Below, piece after piece: positions 17,969-27,312 of a DNA stretch of 64,000 nucleotides (position 1 is its first letter; each line of letters begins with the position of its first letter). The stretch lies in IMG/VR virus record IMGVR_UViG_3300031576_000002, positions 141,228-205,227 of that record, one strand, 5' to 3'. Under the pieces are notes generated by a model, which worked only from the letters and a program-made list of their open reading frames with translations, did not search any database and had not been told where the DNA came from. Made by a program: the position numbers and the translations under genes.

Positions 17969-18769
17969 CTATATTTCTGTCCAGGCTCGAACCCGTTCTC
18001 GGCACTCCGCCAGATACCCCTCTTGCAGGTCCAGGAAGTGCCAGGACTTGTAAAGAATGAAAGGACTGTGCGAGGTTGCGATGACCTGGAAACGCTTCGC
18101 CAGTTTGGGAACGATCTCATTCCAGAGAACCATTTGATTCGGCAGGCTCAGGCTCATGTCAGGTTCATCGAGCAGAATCGTACTCGGGCCTGTCCGTGGA
18201 AGCGTCTTCACGTACTCCGAGAACGCTGTCCAGCCCTCTACCCACAGGCTGTTATATTTCCGATCTGGATTTTTTGTAAGGTCCGGAACTTGATCCAGCA
18301 ACTCTGCGATTCTTTCAATCTTATGGATTCGCCGCTGTCCCTCGCTCGGCTTTTGCGCGATCTCCTGAATCTGGTCCTTCATCGAAGTCATGCCATCGGC
18401 AGAATTCTCGGCCCGGTCCACGAAGAAGGAAAGCCCGTCTCGATCCGCGGCTGCATTGAGAAAGGTTGGAGTCCCGTCCCATTCTATATTTGCAGTACAC
18501 TGGCCCGGTGCTCGTATGGCTAAGCAGTCTGGAAGATTGGGCGGCTTCCTCCGCAAAACCCCGATCTCGATAATGTCTCCGGGGTCAGGGTGTTTCGACC
18601 AGCCTCCTGTCGTGATCCCGCAGTAGACCCCCGTGATCTTGAGCGCAGTCGTCTTCCCGCACCCGTTCGGCCCAAAGAGAATGTTGACTCCGGGCTTGAA
18701 CTTGAGCTTGCCCTTGAACGCAGGAAGCTGCGCGGCAAAGCCCGTCTTGACTCGGAAGGACTGGATCAT
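17969..18769 (-). CDS. ABC/AAA-type ATPase
   Basis: Walker A GPNGCGKTT, signature SEGQ, Walker B ILLDEPD, H-loop TSHSP; leaderless ATG 18769. Confidence 0.9.
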   Translation of the reverse strand: MIQSFRVKTGFAAQLPAFKGKLKFKPGVNILFGPNGCGKTTALKITGVYCGITTGGWSKHPDPGDIIEIGVLRRKPPNLPDCLAIRAPGQCTANIEWDGTPTFLNAAADRDGLSFFVDRAENSADGMTSMKDQIQEIAQKPSEGQRRIHKIERIAELLDQVPDLTKNPDRKYNSLWVEGWTAFSEYVKTLPRTGPSTILLDEPDMSLSLPNQMVLWNEIVPKLAKRFQVIATSHSPFILYKSWHFLDLQEGYLAECRERVRAWTEI

Positions 18770-18820
18770 CGGACGTACTATACAGCGCGCTTCCAAAAAT
18801 ACGCACCTATCCCGTCGAGC

Positions 18821-20046
18821 CATGCGTGACTCCTTAAGCCCTCTGTGCTACCATCCAGCCATGCGGCGTTCCTACAAGTTCCGGCTTCAACCGACCAAGG
18901 CTCAGGAGATCAATCTCCAGAGGCTCCTGGACTACTGCCGCTTTCTCTACAACTGCGCTTTGGAGCAGCGTATTACAGAATACAAACAGCATAAGAGGAC
19001 TCTCAGCTACTACGATCAAGCCTTAGAACTTAAGCACGTATCCAAGCAGGTAGAAGGCTACGACACAGTCTACGCCAAAGTCTTGCAGGTTGTCCTTCAA
19101 AAACTGGATCTAGCTTACAAGGCTTTCTTCAGAAGGATCAAGCGTGGAGAGAAGCCGGGCTTTCCACGGTTCAAGAGTAGGGATCGGTACGACTCCTTTA
19201 CCTACAACCAGTCTGGTTTCAAGTTTGACAGTCAAAGGCTGCATCTTTCCAAGCTGGGCCATTTCCGCTGGAATCCTTATCGACAACTTCCACCAGACGA
19301 TAAGGTCAAAGAGGTCACAGTCAAAAGAGAAGCCGACGGTTGGTACGCAGTCTTATCCTGTGAGCTACCCCTTCCAGAACCTCTTCCCGCGACTGGAAAG
19401 GTCGTTGGTATTGATCTAGGCATGCAAGCTCTAGTTGCTACCTCAGATGGAATCGTAATTGAACGCCAACGTGTCTACGCCAAGAATGAGAAGAAGCTCA
19501 AGCATGCTCAGAGAACGGTTTCCAGAAGAAAGAAAGGCTCTAACCGTAGAAGAAAAGCAGTCAAGGTATTGGCTAAGGCTTGGCAGAAAGCTACAAGAAC
19601 TCGGAAGCATATTCTTGATGGAGTGTCTAAGCAGTTGGTACAGAACTATGATCTGATTGCGGTTGAAGACCTGAACCTGAAAGGGATGAGTCAAGGGCTC
19701 AACCGTGGATTCAGGCGTAGCTTCAAGGATGTCGGAATGGGGATGTTGCTTCACATGCTGTCCTACAAAGCGGAAGAAGCTGGTAGGATAGTGGTGAAAG
19801 TAGATCCCAGAGGAACCAGCCAGGAATGTAGTGGATGCGGAGCAACTGTGAAGAAGAGTTTGAAAGAAAGAGTTCATAACTGCTCTGCTTGTGGCTTGGT
19901 CCTTGATAGAGATGTCAACGCGGCTAAAAACGTCTTAAGCAGGGCTCTGCTATCCCTTCGTGGAGAGGATACGCTTGTAAGTTCCTCTGTGAAGCGAGAA
20001 GATTTCTTAAGTGCTGCTCAGGCAGCGGCTTAAGCAATCACGCATG
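18821..20046 (+). mobile_element. TIR-bounded tnpB cassette 2 (1226 bp, no transposase)
   Basis: CATGCGTGACTCCTTAAGCC ... GGCTTAAGCAATCACGCATG (18/20 IR); flanking CCCGTCGAGC (18811-18820) / CCCGTCGAAT (20047-20056). Confidence 0.88.
18861..20033 (+). CDS. tnpB: TnpB RNA-guided endonuclease, 390 aa, paralog of 5475-6647
   Basis: About 41 differences in 390 aa by manual count; RuvC D/E/D intact; real start ATG 18861. Confidence 0.97.
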   Translation: MRRSYKFRLQPTKAQEINLQRLLDYCRFLYNCALEQRITEYKQHKRTLSYYDQALELKHVSKQVEGYDTVYAKVLQVVLQKLDLAYKAFFRRIKRGEKPGFPRFKSRDRYDSFTYNQSGFKFDSQRLHLSKLGHFRWNPYRQLPPDDKVKEVTVKREADGWYAVLSCELPLPEPLPATGKVVGIDLGMQALVATSDGIVIERQRVYAKNEKKLKHAQRTVSRRKKGSNRRRKAVKVLAKAWQKATRTRKHILDGVSKQLVQNYDLIAVEDLNLKGMSQGLNRGFRRSFKDVGMGMLLHMLSYKAEEAGRIVVKVDPRGTSQECSGCGATVKKSLKERVHNCSACGLVLDRDVNAAKNVLSRALLSLRGEDTLVSSSVKREDFLSAAQAAA

Positions 20047-20375
20047 CCCGTCGAATCGCCGCCTGCCCAGGGACTTCGCCAGTGGGGGAGGGGTAGGAGG
20101 TCATCCGACCGCAGCTCGATCGACATCTCTAGGGCTTGGTACTCGTAGCACTCCAAGCCCGCCAGCCACCAGCCAGAGGCAATCAGCTCCTCTTCCGAGG
20201 CGTCGGTAGGATCCTGCATGCAAACGTCGAATACGATCTGCGGCTCGTCAGCCATACCGCAGGTCGTCCGCTGAAGGGCCAGGATGGCGCAGAAGAAACC
20301 GGCCGGCGCCTTGGCCTCCGCCAACATCGGAATCCGCAAGGTGTGCGCAAGTAGGAGTAAGGCTAAGGCACGCAT
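20007..20375 (-). CDS. Secreted/membrane hypothetical protein; 3' end interrupted by cassette 2
   Basis: Hydrophobic N-terminus; empty site gives ...GGDSTG-TAG. Confidence 0.55.
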   Translation of the reverse strand: MRALALLLLAHTLRIPMLAEAKAPAGFFCAILALQRTTCGMADEPQIVFDVCMQDPTDASEEELIASGWWLAGLECYEYQALEMSIELRSDDLLPLPHWRSPWAGGDSTGMRDCLSRCLSST

Positions 20376-21618
20376 GCACCTATGTTACTTGAAGCGGGAG
20401 TACAGGACTAACTTACATGGCGCTGCTTCGCTTCTCAGCGAATTCCCGGTCGGGCAACTGAAAGGCCAAGGCGAATCTGTAGTGCCGCCTCTACCATGCC
20501 CAGGTCGTCAGCAATCATGCGCTCATGCAAATCAGGAAAGACGCGCACGGTGTCCGGTAGATTGAATGCGCGCCAAATCCTACTGACCCCTGCCCCTCCT
20601 TCCGGTGTGTCGCCACCGTGGTAGATAGCTGGAACAGGACGACCTTCCCCCATCGTCATCGACACTCTACCTCGTGGGATTCCGGCGTAGTGGCCTTCCA
20701 GACCCCGTAACTGTTTCTCCCAGAGCATCCGTAGCTCTTCCAGCACAACCGGCCAAAGACTTGCGTGGTCAGAATCGGGATAGTCGCCTTCGTGAAAAGA
20801 CGTCAGATCCCAGACAAACCCATCCTCAGCCGGAATAGGCAGCCACCAGTAAATCCCTACCGCAGCTCTGCCCTTCAAGCGTAAGCGTGCAAGCCGCGCT
20901 CGCCGCAGAGAATCGCGTATTCTACTTTTTGGCGGTTCCCGCGTGGAAGGCTAGAGGCGGGGCCGCTCCAGATAGTGCAGCTTCAGCGGCTTCGGGAATT
21001 CCTGGAGGAACGTGAATCCTGCTTCTTGCACAGGAAGCTCCGCAGAGCTTGCAACTCGTAGCTTCTTCAGCAAGCGCATCGCCTGCCCGAGCGCCTTCTT
21101 CTGCCCGACCTTCTTGCTGTAGGTATCCATGTCGGTGCAAAAAGAGTAGCCGTACAGCTCGATGCCTTCGGGCGTGGTGATCCGGCATTCCGTGATCGCG
21201 GTAATGCCGCGCTCTCTGCCCGTGATCTTCAACCAGACTTGGAGTGGCTGAAAGGGTCCAGCAACGTGCTTTTTGTTTTTGTCGTAGAAGTTGAGCCCCG
21301 ACCGGAAGCATGTCCGGTAGCGGACCTTCAACCCATCGTAGTTCTCGACCTCCATGATGTCTCCTCGGATTGGACTTACTATTCCCCTGGCCTGAACTGC
21401 TCGAACGCTTCGGCGGCTTCGTAGAATGCGGGTATCTTCTCCCACAATCGTTTCAGAGCCTCTTTCTTCGTCTTTCCTCTACCCTGCAAGATCGCGCCGC
21501 TCTTTCCCCCAGCCACGCTCTTCAAGACAAGGTCGGCGTACCAACGCCTCGACTTCGGATACGCCTGCCAGAAGTTGACTTCCAGCTTGTAGGAGAGTTC
21601 GGTTTTCGCCATGGTTGT

Positions 21619-21649
21619 ACTATACCCCACGCTTTCAAGAATTCCACAC
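21619..21649 (-). promoter_or_regulatory. Phage promoter GTGTGGAA-N17-TATAGT, leaderless
   Basis: ATG (21612) 6 nt after the -10 box. Confidence 0.7.
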
Positions 21650-21945
21650 TTCGGTGTCTTCCTGCGGCCAGCCTCGCTCGTAGTAGATCAGGCGCAGCCG
21701 AGTCTCGCAGCGGGCACAGAGAAGGGCCGGAGGATCGCGGCGTGGCGCGTCTACGGCTACGCGCTCACTCATACTCTCGCCGTACCCGCAGTTACACCCC
21801 CAGCGGTAAATATCGACGCGATAGCTTGTCATTAGAAAAACAGGAAGGCGACGAGAAAGATCCAGAGCAGGATGTAGAGAACCGCTAGTACGTTCTCCAC
21901 AAAGTCCCAAACTGCTTTCTTGAACCGCGCCCAAGTTGTCATCAT

Positions 21946-22509
21946 TCAGCCCAGTACGATCAAGAGCGCGAGAGCGATGAACATCAGGCCCACCCCGGCT
22001 TCCACGGCTGTTCGCCAGAACTCCTCCTGCCGCTGCTCTCTGTAGTAGAGCCGGGACGGGACTGCTTCCGGGATTCTATACCGGAACGGATCGTAGCGAA
22101 ACGGTCTCGCGTCTCTCCTGCTTGCTGCCCACCACCAGGTCGGCTTACCCGGCTCGGCATCTGGGTGAGTCCGCATGTAGTTGTTTTCCTCGATCATGTC
22201 TTCCAGGAATGCCTCCCACCCGTAGACATGCTCAAAGCCTTTCGGCGGATCGCGGAAGTAACTGGGCTGGGTTCCGCCCCCGCTTTCGGCGGCAGAACCC
22301 GCCAGCAATTCGCAGCCTGCAAAACGATCGCTAGTCCGAGTCGGAGTTCCTGGATCTCCCGGCTCGCCGCCAGAGAAAAAGTGAAGGCGGCTCTCCCTCC
22401 AAGACACAGAAGCGGAAGTCCCGTGGATCTTCTCCAGAGCGTAGACTTCCTCGTGCTGGTGGAGAAACTGAGGACAACGGTAGAGATTCTGAATGTGTAG
22501 GTAACTCAT
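21946..22509 (-). pseudogene. Rnl2-like RNA ligase N-terminal remnant fused to unrelated sequence with a TM tail
   Basis: YLHIQNLY...VYALEKIHGTSA (motif I)...FFSGGE; downstream ligase motifs not seen. Confidence 0.6.
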
Positions 22510-23118
22510 TGGTGCTCCGTTATGTCAGCGCTTCCAGTCCGGTTTGCCGCGAAAGAAGTACATGACGTGGATTGGACACATTTCGTCCATCATGTTCTTT
22601 ACGACTGTCATCCAGTACCTGCCGCGCATACGGTAATCGTCCAGTTTCACTTTGCCCGTGCATACTAAGCACTGGGCTCGCTTAGGGCGTTTGGCAGTTT
22701 TATTTTTCGCGGCCATCAGTTCCCTCTGCGCGCAGCATCGCAGCCATCTGGTCATCTCCCTGTTGCTCGATCGCGTGCTGCGATCTATAAGCGCATGTCC
22801 GCAAACAACTCCACTCTGATATAGACGCGCAGAGCAGCAGGCCCAGCGTAGGGTCATCGCAGAAGAAAAGGGCGCGGAAGAGGAGATCGTACATGCTACC
22901 CTTGATGTTCAGAACACGGCTTGGACAAATCACCGTAGGACTTCACCTCTTTGTGGCAACGCTCACAGTAGGTTCTAAAAAGCGTTGGCATCTTCTCGAC
23001 TTCTTCACGATCAAGCCCTTCCTGCAACGCGCCCATTAGCACCAACCGCTCCACGGTGCTGAGACGCGGAATGGATGCGAGGATTTCCTGTAGCGTCATG
23101 GCTTGCTTCCCCCGAGAA

Positions 23119-23820
23119 CTACTCAAACTTCCGCTCTCGCTCCGTGCGTCGCAAAGTATCATACGCGGTTTCCCCTCGTCTCATCAGATAACTGCACCCC
23201 ATGGTTCCGCCCTTCCATGAACCTGAGCCTTCTCCCACTTCGTCACAAAACTTCACATTGATACTACGCCTGATCTTTCGCGGAAAGGGAATTTGTAGCT
23301 TCCTCGAAAGCAGGGGACGCCACTCCAGCTCATCCACCGTGACCTCTGCGCAACGTCTCTGGACTTCCCCGCTGCGCAGCGTGTAGCGATAGGGGAATTC
23401 TTCGCGGTAGAGATCATTGCGTTTGTAGTCGCTCCAGGTCTTGAATGGAACCCAAGTTCCATCCTTACGAAGAAGGTCGTAACGTATGGCTGCACCCATA
23501 TCCCAGGGCATGTGAATCAGCCACGTTCGTGAGCCCCAGTTAAGATACAGATCGCCAAGAAAGAACCCGAACCCCCAAGAGTCCATCGTCTCTTTTGGTT
23601 TCCGCCAAGCTGAGCAAACACGGAAGAATACCGACAGCCCAAACAGATCGGTGTGAAGGCCAAAGGCTTCTTCAGACAGATAGAACTTGATACTGAAGGT
23701 TGCCTGCTTCCGGAGTGTCAGCTCGCCCCAACTCATACGGTGGGTACCGTCTGCCTCCCATCGCTTTCCGCCGAGGGCGTGAAACCACTTCGGGGCTTCG
23801 TACAGACTCGCGTCACTCAT
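23119..23820 (-). CDS. Conserved Trp-rich phage hypothetical protein
   Basis: LNWG...HMPW...RRSINVKF..EVGE..GSWKGG. Confidence 0.75.
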   Translation of the reverse strand: MSDASLYEAPKWFHALGGKRWEADGTHRMSWGELTLRKQATFSIKFYLSEEAFGLHTDLFGLSVFFRVCSAWRKPKETMDSWGFGFFLGDLYLNWGSRTWLIHMPWDMGAAIRYDLLRKDGTWVPFKTWSDYKRNDLYREEFPYRYTLRSGEVQRRCAEVTVDELEWRPLLSRKLQIPFPRKIRRSINVKFCDEVGEGSGSWKGGTMGCSYLMRRGETAYDTLRRTERERKFE

Positions 23821-24572
23821 AGCCCGTCCCCCCGTACCCAGTCCTGTCCTTCGCTGTTACCTACTTCGCGCGCCTCTTCCAGCCAGCAGAGGGTGCGATA
23901 CCTACGCACTCCGCCAATCGGCCATGTCTTGATCTCGGACTCCACTTCATCATGTAACCGCCACCACGGCGTTCTCGGGTCCACCGCAGTCCACTTCTTC
24001 TCCCAGTATTCCACACGACCCTCACGCTTGAGTGCGCGTAGCGTACTGCTGATGCGGCGGTCGGGTACATGAACAACGCGCCGCAAGTCCGCCAGAGTGC
24101 TAGCACCCCCCTTGAGGGCTGCGAGCACCAAGTCTTGGAGTACGATCACTTGCACGACACCGCCACGCCCTCGCGGCTCTTGCTTACCACCACTAGACAG
24201 ACGGTCCCCTTCCAAGTTTCACACTCGTACACACGCGCATCCCGCAAGTCCTTGACATCCGAACAGATGGGAGAGTCCGAGTGGGGATCCTCTTCCACGG
24301 CAATCGCCTGCGGTTCAGTCAAATTCAGCCACACAGCCCAGATCACCACCGCTAAGAGAACGAGTGCAAGAATGCCCGGAACGCGCTCTGGAAGCTTTTC
24401 CATCATCTCCTCCACCACCGGATGAACCGGCGGATCAACCCCGAGAGCCCCACGTTGCGCCCGCACCCAAGACAATAGGCCGCAGCCCATTCGCCCTGCG
24501 GGTCATCCTCGTAACTGGTGAACCCGAACCACCAGGACCCGACGATAGGGTCGCCGTACTTGCAGTTGTGTC

Positions 24573-25043
24573 TCATGCCCACCTCCACGGCTGCAAGCCA
24601 AGCAATCTTAAAAGCATCCGTTCCAAGTATCCGTTTTCCACATTATACCCCACCAACCTGGCCCACTCCTCCCCGCCTCGCTTCGACATCCGCTTTTCTT
24701 CCGCAAACCATCCGGCGCATAATTCACGCCTATCCGCAAATTCCGCCAGAACCCCACGCGCCTCCGCGACAGCAAGATAGGTACGCTTGCTGGCGCATAT
24801 TTGACCGTCTCCTACAAGAAGGGCACCGCGAAGCTCAACCCTAGCGACAACAGTGCCGTACCCGTACCGGAGTGCATCAATCGCCCGGTTACTACCAGTG
24901 AGCGCACGGGGGCCATAACTGGTTGGCGCCGCAACCGTGTGCGTATCACCGCTAACAATCTTCTGGCCGTCGTAGTTACCATCACTAAAATGCCAACCGC
25001 CCGTGTACCCTGCTTCAACCCGTTGAAAATTTTGGCTTTTCAT
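24573..25043 (-). CDS. Conserved phage hypothetical protein
   Basis: GWHF...IDALRYG.G.VVARVELRG pattern; ATGA overlap. Confidence 0.65.
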   Translation of the reverse strand: MKSQNFQRVEAGYTGGWHFSDGNYDGQKIVSGDTHTVAAPTSYGPRALTGSNRAIDALRYGYGTVVARVELRGALLVGDGQICASKRTYLAVAEARGVLAEFADRRELCAGWFAEEKRMSKRGGEEWARLVGYNVENGYLERMLLRLLGLQPWRWA

Positions 25044-25914
25044 GACGACTTGAGCCTCTCGTACAGTCTGTTGTCCAGTAGTTCGGCCGGCGCCGGATTA
25101 CCCCACCCCAGGTCAAGCGATACAACGGGCACCTCTTCCGCCCCTGTCGCGAATATCCAGATATGGAAGAACGCGGTCCAGTGATGCTTTGGTACATTTG
25201 CACTCTTCCGAAACGGCTGCCGCACAATTGCCCTGCCCGTGTACTCTGCGCTCACAACTTGGACCCGTAGGCCATACTCACGGCAGTCCGCGGCCTGCTG
25301 TTCCAACTTCTGGATGAAGTCGGCAGCATCGCTAGCCGCTAGAAGGCGGGGCCAGAACTGAGTCATGGGGTGTAGTCCCCGCTGGGATTCTTGGCGAATC
25401 GGGGTTTGAGTTCGCGCATGCGATCTTCAAACCACCGGGCGTTATCTTCTTGCGATTCTTTGCAAGCTTCAATCGCTTGCTCCTGGGCTTGCCGGAAGCC
25501 TTCGGCAAGGGCTCGCTCATGGGCAAGGGTCGCCCGCTCAGTGACGTAGCGGCAGTATTCACATCTTTCGACATAGTGACATTCGCCGGAGCGGGCGTGG
25601 GAAAAGCACGGGATCATCTTACACCTCCGGTACTACCTTCCAGGCACGAAATTCCGTCTTGCCCTCTAGCGGGTGCGAAAACTTCTGGCCCGGCCTTGGG
25701 GGTGGAACCTCTAGCGGCGGCATTTCTTCTACCTCGTAGCCGCGCCCCATCAGGTACCGGATCACGCTGGCGGCGTAGTCTGTCGGCACCGAACGCAGCA
25801 CCTTCTCCCCGGGGTCGGAATAGCTGACGGCAAACTCGGCCGCCATCGCCAGCGCCACGACGTCTGGGTCGATGTATGGTTGCCGTGTGCCCCAATAGGT
25901 AGATTTCGGCATCG

Positions 25915-27312
25915 CTACACCTCCATCAGCGCGCGCAGCTCGGGATCCTGCGTGTCGGCGCGGAACGTGAAGCCTGTAGAATGGGGATGTCCACCCCCGC
26001 CATAGCGCTTGGCCAAGAGGCTGATGTCGAGGCGCTCCGGCTTGGAGCGAAGCGAGGCTTCGTACTGCGGTATTACCTCCCTGCCAACGAACTGGTACGC
26101 TTCTGCGTATTCAGTACAACCACAATTCTCTACCATGCACTTGACCTTGGCATCCAAAAACAATTGATGCCCTCCGTTCCTATGGCCACAGATACAGAAC
26201 TTCAAAGCTTCTAAATCGTCAGTTTCCTCCAAATACCGCTCAAACGCAGTCTTCGGTTGTCCTTCTGCCGCCACGTCCTCCACCCGCCGAATGCACGCGG
26301 CGAAGTCGATGTCGTGCTTCAGGTAGAGGTGCTCGCATACCTCGTCCCGGAGGACGGACGTGCGGACCGCGAGACCACTCAATCTGGCGAACACTTCCCT
26401 TGGTTTGAATGGGTCACCGGGACACCCACATATACAGCCCGCTACTGTACACTTAAGAGTCTGCAAGCTTTTCGTTCCCCGGTACTTGTCCTGCATCTCG
26501 TGCTCACTAATTTTATGGTGGCAGAGACAGACACCAGTTCCGCTCCCCCGCAGGGTTACGGGCCTCGCCCCCTGGGCGATCTGCTCGACGAGTTTCTGCT
26601 GAGCCCGCAGGATGGCGGTGCCCTGTTCCGCCAGTCGGGCCATCAGGTAGCTATCTCCATCCGGAGTCGGATCGTTCGTTTGCGTGAGGTTTTCCCACCA
26701 CGACTGGAACGTCATGGGAAAGCTGCGGATCGCCGCGTTGACCTCGCGCGAATTGGGAAGTTTCCATCGCCACAAGTCTCGATCTTGGACGACCCGGACG
26801 AGCAAAGGGGAAGGATGGCCATACTCCTCTGGCATGTACCCCGTCTCGTAAACTACACGCTTCATCCACTCGACGAAGGATTCGGCAGCCGAGCCTATCG
26901 AAGATGGTTCGTCGCCGAACGACAGCAGAACTCCCGATTTGATGTCCCGAATCCACGTAGCGTACTGCCACGCCAGCCACGCGCCCGAATGATCCATGTC
27001 GAAAAAGCAGAAGTCCAAGTCTTTCAACTCATCGGCCGCGCTTTTGTGGTGGTCCAGCACGACCAGGCTCCTGGCCCGCTGCTTCATATCCAGCAGGGTG
27101 ACGCGCGGGTAGCTAAGGTCCACGATGATGACGTCGCGGCCCTGCACGTCGGGAGGAGGCAGGTGGTAGCCGCCGGGGACGAATTCGGCGTCCTTGAGGC
27201 CACCCCACATTTCCAAAACGAACCTGGCGCAGTAGCCATCCTGACAACCAATGTCCTCCCCTTTTTCGTTCTTGGTGCCGTGGTAGAGGACGAGTGTGTT
27301 CTTGTCATTCAT
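25915..27312 (-). CDS. DHH/DHHA1 phosphoesterase with inserted Cys/His modules
   Basis: VLYH...CQDG, IVDLS, VLDHHK, SGA, DRDLW, SLRS, GGGGH. Confidence 0.9.
   Translation of the reverse strand: MNDKNTLVLYHGTKNEKGEDIGCQDGYCARFVLEMWGGLKDAEFVPGGYHLPPPDVQGRDVIIVDLSYPRVTLLDMKQRARSLVVLDHHKSAADELKDLDFCFFDMDHSGAWLAWQYATWIRDIKSGVLLSFGDEPSSIGSAAESFVEWMKRVVYETGYMPEEYGHPSPLLVRVVQDRDLWRWKLPNSREVNAAIRSFPMTFQSWWENLTQTNDPTPDGDSYLMARLAEQGTAILRAQQKLVEQIAQGARPVTLRGSGTGVCLCHHKISEHEMQDKYRGTKSLQTLKCTVAGCICGCPGDPFKPREVFARLSGLAVRTSVLRDEVCEHLYLKHDIDFAACIRRVEDVAAEGQPKTAFERYLEETDDLEALKFCICGHRNGGHQLFLDAKVKCMVENCGCTEYAEAYQFVGREVIPQYEASLRSKPERLDISLLAKRYGGGGHPHSTGFTFRADTQDPELRALMEV

Noticed and set aside
18633-18860. N-terminal extension of the 466-aa TnpB ORF
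   Set aside because: Mostly outside the element and antisense to the ATPase; the paralog shows the start is 18861
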